A DNA stretch of 54,965 nt, taken from IMG/VR virus record IMGVR_UViG_3300042691_036107. One strand, given 5' to 3'. Positions within the stretch are counted from its first letter, which is position 1. Every line of letters begins with the position of its first letter. The notes under the pieces were generated by a model, which saw only the letters and a program-made list of their open reading frames with translations, had not been told where the DNA came from and ran no database searches. Shown here in pieces: positions 27,051 to 36,728 of the stretch. The stretch is from an uncultured virus (IMG/VR IMGVR_UViG_3300042691_036107). Taxonomy: Duplodnaviria; Heunggongvirae; Uroviricota; Caudoviricetes. The translations under genes were made by a program, and so were the position numbers.

Positions 27051-28063
27051 TACGAGAACCTCGCGCCGATCTTCATGGCGTTCAAATTGGCTTCGGTCCA
27101 GGCCGCAGCCGTGTTCGGGTCTGTCGAGTAGTACGTGTCTACGACACGGAACGTGTCCGATGCCGCGATCACGACGGCCGTTCCGAGGCTTGTTGTTGCA
27201 CCAGATTTACAGACGCCCTGGACTTGCGTTACCGTTCCATTTCGGGCTGCCCACTGACTGACCTTCGTTCCGTAGATCGTCGCAGGCGTCCACGCGAGAC
27301 TCGCTACGTCGTACGTGTCCTGCTGCCCCGTTGTGAACACGTTCGTGTCGGTGCTCGTCATGGGGTTCTCATCTACGTTCGTGTAGGTTCCTGCTCCCCC
27401 GTTGCTCTGGATGACATCGTTGCCATCGGGCAACTGCAAGCCGATGAACGTCTCGCCGGGACGACCTTCAGCGAGTGTATGCACGATGATGTCATCGACG
27501 TAGGCCGTGTCGAAACTAACTGTGAAACCGAGAATGAACTGGTCGAAGCCATCAGCCCCTGCGTTTCGCGTGTCTCCACTGTACGTCAGGTACTGCACTC
27601 CGTTGACCCACAGCGTACAGACACCAGCAGCATCCTGAGCAAGAAGCTCGATATCGATCCACCAGCCGCTGTTGCACAGGGGAAGCTGTGTCGTGGTCGT
27701 GGCCACAAGAGTTCCGCCTGATCCCCCACGACGCATCGAAGCGGTCCCGTCCGCCCCGAACCCAACGGTGAACTGTGCTGTTCCAGATCGGTTAAACGTG
27801 ACGTAGGCTGACGGATAGTAAGGAGCTGCACCGGACAAGAGATAAAAGCTCATGTACCGGCCTGTTGTTGCAAAAGTCGGGCTCGTAGTTGTGCCCGTAA
27901 GGAAGTACCGTGTCAGCGCGTAGACACCGCCCTTCACGGTGCTGATGGAAGATCTATGTGCGCCGGTCGTGCTGATGGAGGGCGCCGCGGAAGCCGTCCA
28001 GCCTCCCGTTGTCGCCAGGTTCGACCAAGAGTTACCCTCGAATCCCTCGAAGAAGACAGGCAT
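27050..28063 (-). CDS. Putative spike/receptor-binding protein, paralog 1
   Basis: MPVFFEGFE; same motifs; GAGGAG RBS. Confidence 0.8.
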   Translation of the reverse strand: MPVFFEGFEGNSWSNLATTGGWTASAAPSISTTGAHRSSISTVKGGVYALTRYFLTGTTTSPTFATTGRYMSFYLLSGAAPYYPSAYVTFNRSGTAQFTVGFGADGTASMRRGGSGGTLVATTTTQLPLCNSGWWIDIELLAQDAAGVCTLWVNGVQYLTYSGDTRNAGADGFDQFILGFTVSFDTAYVDDIIVHTLAEGRPGETFIGLQLPDGNDVIQSNGGAGTYTNVDENPMTSTDTNVFTTGQQDTYDVASLAWTPATIYGTKVSQWAARNGTVTQVQGVCKSGATTSLGTAVVIAASDTFRVVDTYYSTDPNTAAAWTEANLNAMKIGARFS

Positions 28064-28072
28064 GATCCCTCC

Positions 28073-28510
28073 TCACGTCTCGGTGACGACGATGCCGCCG
28101 GCCGGAATGTAAGGTTGTTCGCCTGGATCAACAGTTTGAGCCACGATCTGGACAGAGTAGAGCAGCTTCCCCGCGCCGGCCAAGTCCGTGCCGATCCCCA
28201 CGTAATTGATCGTCTGGGACCCGAGCGTGTCCGTCGGGAACGTGATCTGGTTCACGTTCGTACAGGTGTCCGCCGTGACTGTCCACCCAGCGACAGTTCG
28301 GGCTACGGGCTGACGTGCGTAGGCGCCGTATGTCAGCTCGCTCGTGCTCTGATTCCCGCCTGTAGGGTTCGCCGAGTGAAACGAGATGTAAAGGTTGCCG
28401 TCAACAGCGGAACCGAGGATGCCTGCGGCGTCACCAACGAGCGTGACCGCATCGTTGTTGAAGACGAGCAGCAGGATCTGGTTCGCGAAGGTTGTACTCT
28501 TGGCGGCCAC
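28073..28510 (-). CDS. Phage fibre/tail-associated protein
   Basis: LYISFHSANP...E.TYGAYARQPV...NQITFP pattern typical of small fibre-associated phage proteins. Confidence 0.7.
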   Translation of the reverse strand: MAAKSTTFANQILLLVFNNDAVTLVGDAAGILGSAVDGNLYISFHSANPTGGNQSTSELTYGAYARQPVARTVAGWTVTADTCTNVNQITFPTDTLGSQTINYVGIGTDLAGAGKLLYSVQIVAQTVDPGEQPYIPAGGIVVTET

Positions 28511-28522
28511 GGAGTACCTCGC

Positions 28523-28978
28523 TTATGCGAACCGGAGGGCTCGAATGCTGTAGCTGCCGCTGCTGTTGTCCCCTCGAACGCCGATCCGGATGTTGCCTCC
28601 GGTGCGCGGGAACCAGAAGTGCGGCTTACCTGTTGTCAACGTGCTTGTCGCAGTCGACAGCGTAGCCACGTAGTTGTAGCCGGTGTACGCCCCGTTCACG
28701 ATGCTGTCGTCCGACTTCTGTTGCGCGGTCCCGTCGTAAACAATCGTCGTTCCATCGTCAGACCACTCGGCATAGACCTGAACGGAGGTGTTGCCCCCGA
28801 GTGCCGTGATGACAATCCAGACTGCGACGCCACCAGCATAAGGCTGCATGTCGATTCCGCTCGACCACTGGATGACACCCGCGTCGAACGCACCTGCAGC
28901 CCGAATTTCGGTCGAAGCTGTATCGCCCGGAACGATCTCGGAGCCGAGGAAGCTGTAACCAGAACCGCCGTAGTTCAT
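28523..28978 (-). CDS. Putative virion protein (beta-rich)
   Basis: ATGA overlap; VQVYAEWSDDG...IRIGVRG. Confidence 0.65.
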   Translation of the reverse strand: MNYGGSGYSFLGSEIVPGDTASTEIRAAGAFDAGVIQWSSGIDMQPYAGGVAVWIVITALGGNTSVQVYAEWSDDGTTIVYDGTAQQKSDDSIVNGAYTGYNYVATLSTATSTLTTGKPHFWFPRTGGNIRIGVRGDNSSGSYSIRALRFA

Positions 28979-29376
28979 CGGCCGCCTCCGCCACGACACT
29001 GGACGTACGTCGTGTAGACAGCCACAGCAGGGGCTCCTGCCGCCGCTTGCGCGACCAGCACCAAGTTCGCCCCGGGATCAGCTCCCCAGAAGGCCTGCGT
29101 CGCGAGGGGTTGACGCTCGCCTTCCGACCCGATGTTCAACGTGAGCGCTGTGCGGGGAAGGACGACGGAAGCGTTCGCCCCACTCAACGCACCGGCTGCT
29201 GGGAAGCCTGCGGTGATGTCAACGACAGCCACATACACCGTGTCCGTCGCCGACGAGTTGAAGACGATCAGCTCCTTCGTGTTGTTGAACGGCTGCGGAG
29301 AGAACTCCGTGACCGCATTGGCGTTCAGCGTCAGCGTGAAGCCGAGGAACGGAAGTGGGCTGGTCGGGGTGATCAT
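28975..29376 (-). CDS. Putative virion protein (beta-rich)
   Basis: LIVFNSSATDTVYV strand pattern; first gene of the structural module. Confidence 0.6.
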   Translation of the reverse strand: MITPTSPLPFLGFTLTLNANAVTEFSPQPFNNTKELIVFNSSATDTVYVAVVDITAGFPAAGALSGANASVVLPRTALTLNIGSEGERQPLATQAFWGADPGANLVLVAQAAAGAPAVAVYTTYVQCRGGGGR

Positions 29377-29383
29377 CGAAGGG

Positions 29384-30955
29384 CTATCCCAGTTCGATCA
29401 CCGTCCATCCCTCGACGGCCTTCGGGAGCACGGTGGACATGAGGATGACTTGACCGGGCGCATCACGGAGAGCTTCCATGACTCGACCAAGAGTATCAGC
29501 ATCCCATGCCCTGTCACGCGGGGCCAAGAGAGAAGGAGTGCTATCTGGCACCTGCGCCGTCGCAAGAGCGAGAAGTACGCGCGTCCACTCTGCGCCGGAC
29601 AACGCCGAATGAAGCTGCCCGTTTCGAACCAATCCCACACGGGCCGAATCCAGGTCGACCGCGAAGCGATCGCCTACAGGCAGAAACCCGTTGACTTCTT
29701 GCTCGAACTTCGACTTGAGCCGTTCGAGCATCTCCCGCCCGATCGCCTCCAAGCTCTTCGCTGCGATCGTCAGGTGATCTGCCCTGACGCGGGCAGATCG
29801 GGCCTCAGCGCGCCCTGCCTCTGCGTTACGCCAGGTCTGTCGGGCCGTCTCATCGGCCGCCAGCTTCCGAACCACCTCGTCGCGTGCCGTCGGGTCGTAG
29901 ACGACAGCCGCTTTGATCTCGGCGGCGAGCTTCCGCATAGCTGCATCGAACAGACTCAAGTCCGTCTGCAAGCCTGCCGTCGAGACAGGCGTACCGTACT
30001 TTTGCCGAACGGCCTCGATCGTTGCCGTCAACGAGGCCTTCTGCAGCTTGAGCGCACGATCCGAACCACAGACCCAGCAGTCCTTGTCACCTAGCACCTG
30101 CTCGTGCCGCTGGATCAGATCGAGCGCCGTCGATGCCTTGTCCAGCGCTTCCTTGACCCGAGGGTTCGGCTGAGGGGCCTGCGCGATCTGCGTCTGAAGG
30201 TTGAGCACATGGTCGACGAGCTTCTCCAGCTCCTGTCGCTTGTGCGCCAGCTCGCTCAACGACATGCCTCCGGTCGGCGCCTGCGTGAGCTGCTGCTCCA
30301 TCGCCTCTCGTTCTTCGTCGAGGAGCGGAAGAGCGACGCCCTGGAGCATCCGATCGATGACGCCTTCCTTCTTCGTCGCGTTCGTCCGCAGGTTCTTGGC
30401 CTCCGTACGTGCATCATGGGCCAACGCCATGAAGTCGAGCTTCTTCTGGCGCTTCATCAGGGCCTTCACCTCGTCTCGCACTTCTACCGGAAGAGGGCGC
30501 AACAAGGAGTCTTCGGTCATCGCGCCAAGGACCAACCGTTCCAGCCAGGAAGCAACCGTACTCGCGTCGCCGGCCAGGATGCCTTCCATGTCTTGCACCG
30601 GCCAGGCGATCGTCCGAGGCGCGATGTGAATCGGCTCCCGGAAGCTGCCGTCCTTGGCGCCCGGCTGCGTGCTCCAGCGGAAGTACGTGCCATCTGACAA
30701 CGTAACGTCGACCTCATAGGGGCCCTGCGGGAAGAGACGGCTGAGGCCTTGGACATTCCTGATGATCTCCCGACCTTCAGCGTCCGACACGCTTCCACGC
30801 GTCGCGAGTTCGATCGTCTGGAGGATGGTGCTCTTGCCTGAACCGTTCGGCCCGACCAACAAGGTCTTACGTCCCAGCGTCACGTCGCAGCCGCCCTTCA
30901 ACCGCCCGCTGACCCGCTCGACGAACGGGAACCCCGGATCTCCAGACAACGACAT
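29384..30955 (-). CDS. Rad50/SbcC-like SMC-type ABC ATPase
   Basis: GPNGSGKS Walker A, coiled coils flanking CWVC zinc hook, LSGAE signature. Confidence 0.85.
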   Translation of the reverse strand: MSLSGDPGFPFVERVSGRLKGGCDVTLGRKTLLVGPNGSGKSTILQTIELATRGSVSDAEGREIIRNVQGLSRLFPQGPYEVDVTLSDGTYFRWSTQPGAKDGSFREPIHIAPRTIAWPVQDMEGILAGDASTVASWLERLVLGAMTEDSLLRPLPVEVRDEVKALMKRQKKLDFMALAHDARTEAKNLRTNATKKEGVIDRMLQGVALPLLDEEREAMEQQLTQAPTGGMSLSELAHKRQELEKLVDHVLNLQTQIAQAPQPNPRVKEALDKASTALDLIQRHEQVLGDKDCWVCGSDRALKLQKASLTATIEAVRQKYGTPVSTAGLQTDLSLFDAAMRKLAAEIKAAVVYDPTARDEVVRKLAADETARQTWRNAEAGRAEARSARVRADHLTIAAKSLEAIGREMLERLKSKFEQEVNGFLPVGDRFAVDLDSARVGLVRNGQLHSALSGAEWTRVLLALATAQVPDSTPSLLAPRDRAWDADTLGRVMEALRDAPGQVILMSTVLPKAVEGWTVIELG

Positions 30956-31176
30956 CAAGTTCCTCCTGCTGCTCGTGGCAGCTTCTCCTTGGCCACTTCG
31001 TTGAGCTTCTCGATGTCACTGGTCTGCTGCGGCGTACTTTCGCCCTTCCACCAGCGATAGATCGTCCTGCTCGATACTCGATTTTCCATCGCTTCCGCGA
31101 TCTCTTGCGGGCTCATCTTCGCCTGCTCGATGAGGGCGGCGACGATTTCCTGTACGGCATTTTGATTGTCTTCCAT
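30955..31176 (-). CDS. XRE-like HTH protein
   Basis: MSPQEIAEAM..VSSRTIYRWWKGESTP. Confidence 0.8.
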   Translation of the reverse strand: MEDNQNAVQEIVAALIEQAKMSPQEIAEAMENRVSSRTIYRWWKGESTPQQTSDIEKLNEVAKEKLPRAAGGT

Positions 31177-31177
31177 C

Positions 31178-31618
31178 TCAGGCTCCAAAGGGCACGGATC
31201 GCGCGGACCAACCGCCGACCCAATGGTTCGCGTCGTGTTCGATGACGTTCGTGACCCTGCCCATCTGCCTGTCCAACCACGAGAACACGGGCGTATCGTC
31301 GCGAAGCGCGTTCTGCACGATCGCCGCGTTCGCGCGCCCCAGCGTGTCCGCCAGAACGACGAAGCCGGCAAAGTGCCGCTTCCTCGTCCCGAAGTCAACG
31401 CCGTTCGTCGTCTCCCAGATCCAGGAGTCCCAGTTGCCGCACGTCGCGAACGTCTCGCTGTACCACGTCACCGAATCGACGACGTGAACGCGCTTGCCCG
31501 ACCAGGCCTGGAACGCCTCGACGAACTCAGAGACGGCCGCCTCGGTCTGCACCGGACTCCAGTCCTTCGAGACCAAACCGAGGAGACGCGGGAGTGGTTC
31601 CCGTGAGCTGCTTGACAC
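31178..31618 (-). CDS. Hypothetical protein
   Basis: Trp-rich globular ORF in the replication operon. Confidence 0.6.
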   Translation of the reverse strand: MSSSSREPLPRLLGLVSKDWSPVQTEAAVSEFVEAFQAWSGKRVHVVDSVTWYSETFATCGNWDSWIWETTNGVDFGTRKRHFAGFVVLADTLGRANAAIVQNALRDDTPVFSWLDRQMGRVTNVIEHDANHWVGGWSARSVPFGA

Positions 31619-31772
31619 GATCCGATACCTCCGACCAGAGCTGCCTGCCGACAGTCACGCGCGCTTCCGGCGTGACATTCGACACATAGCCGCTCCAGTG
31701 CCAGTCGGCAAAGTCGACGACAGCCTTTGCCAGCTCCTTGCCCACTTGAATCCGATGCTCATCCGACATCAT
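31527..31772 (-). CDS. Hypothetical protein
   Basis: GGAGG RBS; overlaps the next ORF by ~90 bp. Confidence 0.5.
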   Translation of the reverse strand: MMSDEHRIQVGKELAKAVVDFADWHWSGYVSNVTPEARVTVGRQLWSEVSDRVKQLTGTTPASPRFGLEGLESGADRGGRL

Positions 31773-31799
31773 GAACCTCCTCTACGGTTGTTGACGTTG

Positions 31800-34568
31800 C
31801 TAGCCAATCGCTTTCCAATCAGGACCGATCGTCGCCTTCGCGCTGAACTCCATGCCCGGCAACGCTGGATGCGTCTGATTCATGCACTCTTCGATCAGAC
31901 GTGCGACGCGGAACGGCAGCGCGTTCTTGTCGCCGACCGGCTTGCCCTTCTCGTCGAACGTCACGCCGTCTGCTGGGCATTCAACGCCGAGGAAATCGTG
32001 AACCTGACAGATGATTCCAGTACCAGGACCCCACTTGTGCGCCGGGATCTCTTCTGCCAAAGCCACGATCGCCTTGTTCATCAGACCGGCGGCACTCGCC
32101 TGAACACGGAAGTTCGTGAGTTCGTTCGGGCTTTCCCCGTCGAGGAAGTCGCGACGACGCCCCGTAACAGGTTCCACGAGATAGCCCTGTCGCCTGTAGG
32201 TCTCGATCTCCTGATCCCATCCCTTCTGGTACTCCGGAGCCCGCCGAAGCCAGTTCTCGCGCATCTCCCGGACCTTGTGAAGCGGCATGAGGGCGTACGG
32301 TAGATCGGTCGTGCCGTCATCCCGGGGCTTGCCGTCCGGCCCCTTCGCGGGAACCTCGGTCTTCTGGATGATCTGATGCACCGTCTCGACGGAAGCCATG
32401 TATTGGCTCGCGAACTGCACTTGCTTCGCGAGGTTTCGCATCGTGTAGTCTTCGCCGGTGCCCTCGAACTTCCCGTCCACGAACGACGTGCCCACGAGAG
32501 GCCCCGGCCGCAGGAAGCACTCAGGATCGATACCGGCTGCCGCACAGAAGGCGTCGCCGAACACGGCGAAAGCCGTCATGCTGTGCGGGTCCTTCCCCTC
32601 CGCGAAAGCGCGCAAGTACAGATCGATCTGCCACTGAGCAGCGGCGATCCGCAGTTCGAGCTGGTTCATGTCAGCGCCGATCAAGACGTTGCCGGGAGCC
32701 GCTTTGACCAGCTTCCGCATCCCCTTCGGGAAGTTCTGAGCGTTGATCGGCTTCGACGACGACAAACGTCCGGTCACAGCAACTTGCGCGTTCCAACCTG
32801 GGTGCATCCGTCCCGTCGCCGGGTAGACGATTCCGCGCTTCTTGAGCCCGTACTTCTTGCGCGTTTCCTTGTCGAGGAAGTCGTCGTCGTCGTCCCAACC
32901 GAGATCGTCCTCGACTTCTTGATCGTTCGGGCGCAACTTCACGACGTAAGTGCCGAGTAGCTTCTGCACCTTCCGGTAGTACCGGATGAGCTTGATGATG
33001 CTGCGTCGCTCTTCCGGCACAGTAGCGTCGGTCAAGATGGCCCGCAGCACGAGGTCAGCGGTTGACGGATCGCCCGAGCCCGTGTGCCAGTCCTCCATTT
33101 CCAGGGGTGGCGTGATGTCCCACTGACCGAAGAGCAGATCTCGCATCTGCACCACGGAGCCTGGGTTGAACGTCGGCCGCCCAAGCGCGTCGCGGATCGC
33201 CCGCAGCAGCATGTTCATACGCTTGAGCATCTTCAGCTCTTCTTTGACGCGCAGTCCCTGATCGACGTACATACCGACCCTGTGCATGTCTGCACAGATG
33301 CGCTGGACCTTCTGGTCGAGCTTCCACACGTCGAGCTGACCACGAAGACGAACCTGATCGATCAGCGGCGCGATCACTCTTGCCGTAATGGACACGTCGA
33401 GCGCGCAATACTCCCAGAGCTGTTGATCGCTCTCCGAGTGAGTTGAGAGCTTATTACCTTCCCTATCGTACTTCCAAGGCGGCGCGTCCGTGTAGAGCGA
33501 AGCCACGTAGCCTAGACTATGAGGCAACTCCGATTCGACCGAGCGATGCAGCAAGATGCCGTCGATGATGGGCGTCGGCTGTACGCTCCACTGGCTCTCC
33601 ATGACGCCTGTGTCGTAATAGCCGATGTTCCAGCCCGTCTTTATGATGTTCGGGTCCAGGAAGAACTTGTCCAGCACCGCGCGGTACGCCAGCTCTGCCG
33701 TCGGGGGCCACATGGGAGTTCCGTCCTTGCGCCGGACAGTCACCACCATGACCTTGCTCTCGTCGCCGATACCGATGCAGCGGATCTTCGCGTCGAGACT
33801 CTCGATCCCGTCCGTCTCCAAGTCGTAGCAGTAGACCTTGGTCGGGTCGGACAGGAACTCCTGCAACTCCAGCGGTGAAGGCGAGTACACGATCTCGGGC
33901 GGCTTCCACTCGGCTTCACCGCGGAACCAGCGTCCGGCCTTCGCGATGTCGTTGCGGAACACGTGCGCCCATCGCATCTGACGCAGTACGAAGGACGGGT
34001 GTACCGTCGGCAGAACACGGCGCCCATTCGGGTGTCGATCTGTCGGGTCGAACGAGAGCAAGCTGCCCCGTACGCCCATGATGCTCTCGCCGCTACCCGT
34101 GAGTGCGTGCGTCGCCGTCTTGCCGAGCGTGATGAAGTTCTTGATCGAAGCGATCTCACGCTCCAATCGCGGACGACAGCACTCTTCCGGCGTCTTCTGC
34201 AGTTCCGGCGTCGGCTGACCCGCCGCCTTCGCCTCTGCGATCAGCTTCTTGTTCTCCCGCGAGATCCGCTCGTTCAGCTCCTTGAGCTTGTTGTCCGGCG
34301 GACGGCAGGCCACGACAGACGTGACAAGGCACTCGCGGCGCACGATGCCCGCGCTCCGCAGCGTCTTGTCCAGTTCCATACCGGCTGGACCGACGAAAGG
34401 ACGACCTTGCCGTTCTTCCTGCTCTCCGGGCGCTTCGCCGACGATCGCGACTGCAGTCCCCGCAAGCAAGGACGCCGGCGTCACCCCTGACTCGGGCGGC
34501 ACCGGCGTCTTGCTGCGAAGCACGCACTCGTGGCATCGAGCACCGTACGATCGCGGGTCCTTCCACAT
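31800..34568 (-). CDS. Family A DNA polymerase with N-terminal family-4 uracil-DNA glycosylase domain
   Basis: UDG: CHEC, VGEAPG..E...GRPFVG, HPSFVLR; 3'-5' exo YDLETDG; pol: TGRLSS, ADMNQLELR, RNLAKQVQF...Y, QVHD. Confidence 0.95.
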   Translation of the reverse strand: MWKDPRSYGARCHECVLRSKTPVPPESGVTPASLLAGTAVAIVGEAPGEQEERQGRPFVGPAGMELDKTLRSAGIVRRECLVTSVVACRPPDNKLKELNERISRENKKLIAEAKAAGQPTPELQKTPEECCRPRLEREIASIKNFITLGKTATHALTGSGESIMGVRGSLLSFDPTDRHPNGRRVLPTVHPSFVLRQMRWAHVFRNDIAKAGRWFRGEAEWKPPEIVYSPSPLELQEFLSDPTKVYCYDLETDGIESLDAKIRCIGIGDESKVMVVTVRRKDGTPMWPPTAELAYRAVLDKFFLDPNIIKTGWNIGYYDTGVMESQWSVQPTPIIDGILLHRSVESELPHSLGYVASLYTDAPPWKYDREGNKLSTHSESDQQLWEYCALDVSITARVIAPLIDQVRLRGQLDVWKLDQKVQRICADMHRVGMYVDQGLRVKEELKMLKRMNMLLRAIRDALGRPTFNPGSVVQMRDLLFGQWDITPPLEMEDWHTGSGDPSTADLVLRAILTDATVPEERRSIIKLIRYYRKVQKLLGTYVVKLRPNDQEVEDDLGWDDDDDFLDKETRKKYGLKKRGIVYPATGRMHPGWNAQVAVTGRLSSSKPINAQNFPKGMRKLVKAAPGNVLIGADMNQLELRIAAAQWQIDLYLRAFAEGKDPHSMTAFAVFGDAFCAAAGIDPECFLRPGPLVGTSFVDGKFEGTGEDYTMRNLAKQVQFASQYMASVETVHQIIQKTEVPAKGPDGKPRDDGTTDLPYALMPLHKVREMRENWLRRAPEYQKGWDQEIETYRRQGYLVEPVTGRRRDFLDGESPNELTNFRVQASAAGLMNKAIVALAEEIPAHKWGPGTGIICQVHDFLGVECPADGVTFDEKGKPVGDKNALPFRVARLIEECMNQTHPALPGMEFSAKATIGPDWKAIG

Positions 34569-34571
34569 GCG

Positions 34572-34928
34572 TTACCCTGGGAGAATCAGCCTGGAAGGAG
34601 GCGGCACATCGGCGCCGGTCAGGGTCTTCGCCTGTTCGATGAGCGGGGCGAGATCAGAGGGACGGACGAGGCCGTCTTCTTCGAGCTTCGCCACCTTGAC
34701 CGCGAAATCATGGTACTTCCGCAGCGCCGTCGCCAGCCGCACGATCTCCCGGATCGGCGTACTGAGGGCGGGCATCGCCAGGATGCGATCCACGTCTCCG
34801 TTCTTGAACAGGTCGTCGGTCTGAGAGAAGACCGCTTGGATCTCGACTGGCGTGAGCGCCGGGATCTCGTCGGCGGACTTGATACCGCCGATCACATGCA
34901 CGTTCGGACCACCAACGATCGGCTGCAT
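34572..34928 (-). CDS. Hypothetical protein
   Basis: GGAG RBS, ATG. Confidence 0.65.
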   Translation of the reverse strand: MQPIVGGPNVHVIGGIKSADEIPALTPVEIQAVFSQTDDLFKNGDVDRILAMPALSTPIREIVRLATALRKYHDFAVKVAKLEEDGLVRPSDLAPLIEQAKTLTGADVPPPSRLILPG

Positions 34929-35053
34929 CTGTCGTCTCCAAAGAAAGAGAAGGGTGTCACGCTGGCCCCAAGCATCGCCGCGTGACTGGTCCCCCATCGA
35001 GCGTTTCCCGGCCGGGGGCAGAGGACCTTACCAAGCTCCGCTGACGAACCGGG

Positions 35054-35653
35054 CTAGAGGCCCAGCTTCGACAGCATCTCAGCCTTCGAGGGCGTGGCCG
35101 CCGCGCTCGCGTTCACGGGCGGAGTCGCACCGAGACGCGCGGCGCCGTTCGCGGCTGCGGGCGTGGTCGCCTTGTTGCCGCCGGCCTGCGCCTTGCTCGT
35201 GTTCCACACGGCCTGGGACATGTACGAGATGCGCTCGTCCCGTCGCTTGTTCTCGACCAGGACGCCCTGGTTGTAGTGGAAGTACACGGGCTTGCCGATG
35301 AAGGCGTCCGGCCCGAGCACGATCTCACCGCTGTCGAGCTGCGTGGGGGTGTAGCCGCACGACTCGGCGACCGCGCGCCAGTAGTACCGCACCTTGTCAT
35401 CCGCCGCGCGCGGGATGTTGATCCCGTCGGTACGGATGACACCCTCGAAGCCGGGCTCGGTGAACTCGATCTTGAAGACCACGCGCTCCTGCTTCTCGGG
35501 GTTGATGTAGCAGTCCTTGATGAGACCCTGGTAGAACCCCGTCGGGACCTCGCGCACGGTGCCGGGAGCCCGGGTGGGACCCTGCACGTCGCTGAGGTTC
35601 ACGTTGAAAGACCACTCGCGAAGAACCTCGCGCTCCTGCTGCTGCTCGGACAT
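35054..35653 (-). CDS. Putative ssDNA-binding protein (DUF669-like)
   Basis: AGGAGG RBS; VPTGFYQGLI OB-like pattern, Ala/Pro tail; located next to the Sak4-like ATPase. Confidence 0.65.
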   Translation of the reverse strand: MSEQQQEREVLREWSFNVNLSDVQGPTRAPGTVREVPTGFYQGLIKDCYINPEKQERVVFKIEFTEPGFEGVIRTDGINIPRAADDKVRYYWRAVAESCGYTPTQLDSGEIVLGPDAFIGKPVYFHYNQGVLVENKRRDERISYMSQAVWNTSKAQAGGNKATTPAAANGAARLGATPPVNASAAATPSKAEMLSKLGL

Positions 35654-35752
35654 CTCTGCCTCCTGTTGACGTTCACGCACAACCAAGACGACTGACTCGT
35701 CGTCCAACTCAACTCAACTCAATGCACCACACGTTTTCGTGGATCCGCGAAA

Positions 35753-36700
35753 TCAAACCAAGCGCGTCTGATTGCTGGCGTCGTAGAAGTTCAACGCCTT
35801 GCACGAGAGCGCCCAGCGGATCACGGACCTATCGAGCGCGTCACGAACGGTCCACCGCGCTTCGTGAGCCGTCAGACCGGCTTCGAGCAGCGTCGTGAAC
35901 ACCGAGTTCGCGAGCGTCAGATCTTCAGGTGTCGAAGACCCAGAAAACATCTGGGAAAGGGTCTCGACGCGCGCCTCCTGCGCCTCGTACAGCCGGGGCA
36001 CTTCACGCCCACCCGCACGAAGCAGTTCGCCGAGGTTCATCGGCACCGGATCGCAGTGAACCGCCACATCGAGGCGATCCTTCATCACGTAGTTCGGGTC
36101 CGCGTTGCAGCGGTAGACGACGGGCCAGGGCTTGCGGCGAGGCTCGTGCACCGCACGGAGAACCACATCACACATCGCCGGGATCTGCTCGGGCAAGCGG
36201 CCCGCAAGCAGCGGACCCCCGCGCATCTTCTGGCCGTCCTTGACCTTCGGTGCCTGCTCCCAGCAGGACAGCACCACGTCGATCTTGGCGTACCGTGCTG
36301 CCTCCCGGAACTCCAGCGCCGCATCCCGCAACTCGCCCCACAGCTTGAAGCCTGTGAAGCGCATGACGTTCTCCATGTGGGAGAAGGTCTTCTCGCACAG
36401 ATGGCTGAAATCGTCGATCACGACTGCCTTGTGCGTCTTGTTCTTCCCGATCTGCTGAACGATCTTGGTCGCCTCCATGAGCGTCTGAACTTCGACCTGC
36501 TCGGGGTAGTGCCCCACCACAGAGCCGATCGAGTACAACGACCCTGGCGCCGCGATGAAGAGCGCGTTCGGGAAAGCGTAGCCCGAGTCGACTGTCTTAC
36601 CGACACCCGCCGGACCGTACGTCAGAACGACGACGGAATCGTTGACCGAGGCGAGCGCCTCAGCCGGAGTCTTGTTGATCATGCCCTGTCCTGCCTGCAC
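35753..36700 (-). CDS. AAA_24/Sak4-like ATPase
   Basis: YGPAGVGKT, VVIDDFS, WGEL, CDVV, KDR. Confidence 0.85.
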   Translation of the reverse strand: MQAGQGMINKTPAEALASVNDSVVVLTYGPAGVGKTVDSGYAFPNALFIAAPGSLYSIGSVVGHYPEQVEVQTLMEATKIVQQIGKNKTHKAVVIDDFSHLCEKTFSHMENVMRFTGFKLWGELRDAALEFREAARYAKIDVVLSCWEQAPKVKDGQKMRGGPLLAGRLPEQIPAMCDVVLRAVHEPRRKPWPVVYRCNADPNYVMKDRLDVAVHCDPVPMNLGELLRAGGREVPRLYEAQEARVETLSQMFSGSSTPEDLTLANSVFTTLLEAGLTAHEARWTVRDALDRSVIRWALSCKALNFYDASNQTRLV

Positions 36701-36728
36701 GAGAAAGGTAACCTGGCGTCAGTGAGTG

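Noticed and set aside
31178..31772. Programmed frameshift joining two overlapping ORFs
   Set aside because: No slippery sequence is evident; a simple overlap suffices.
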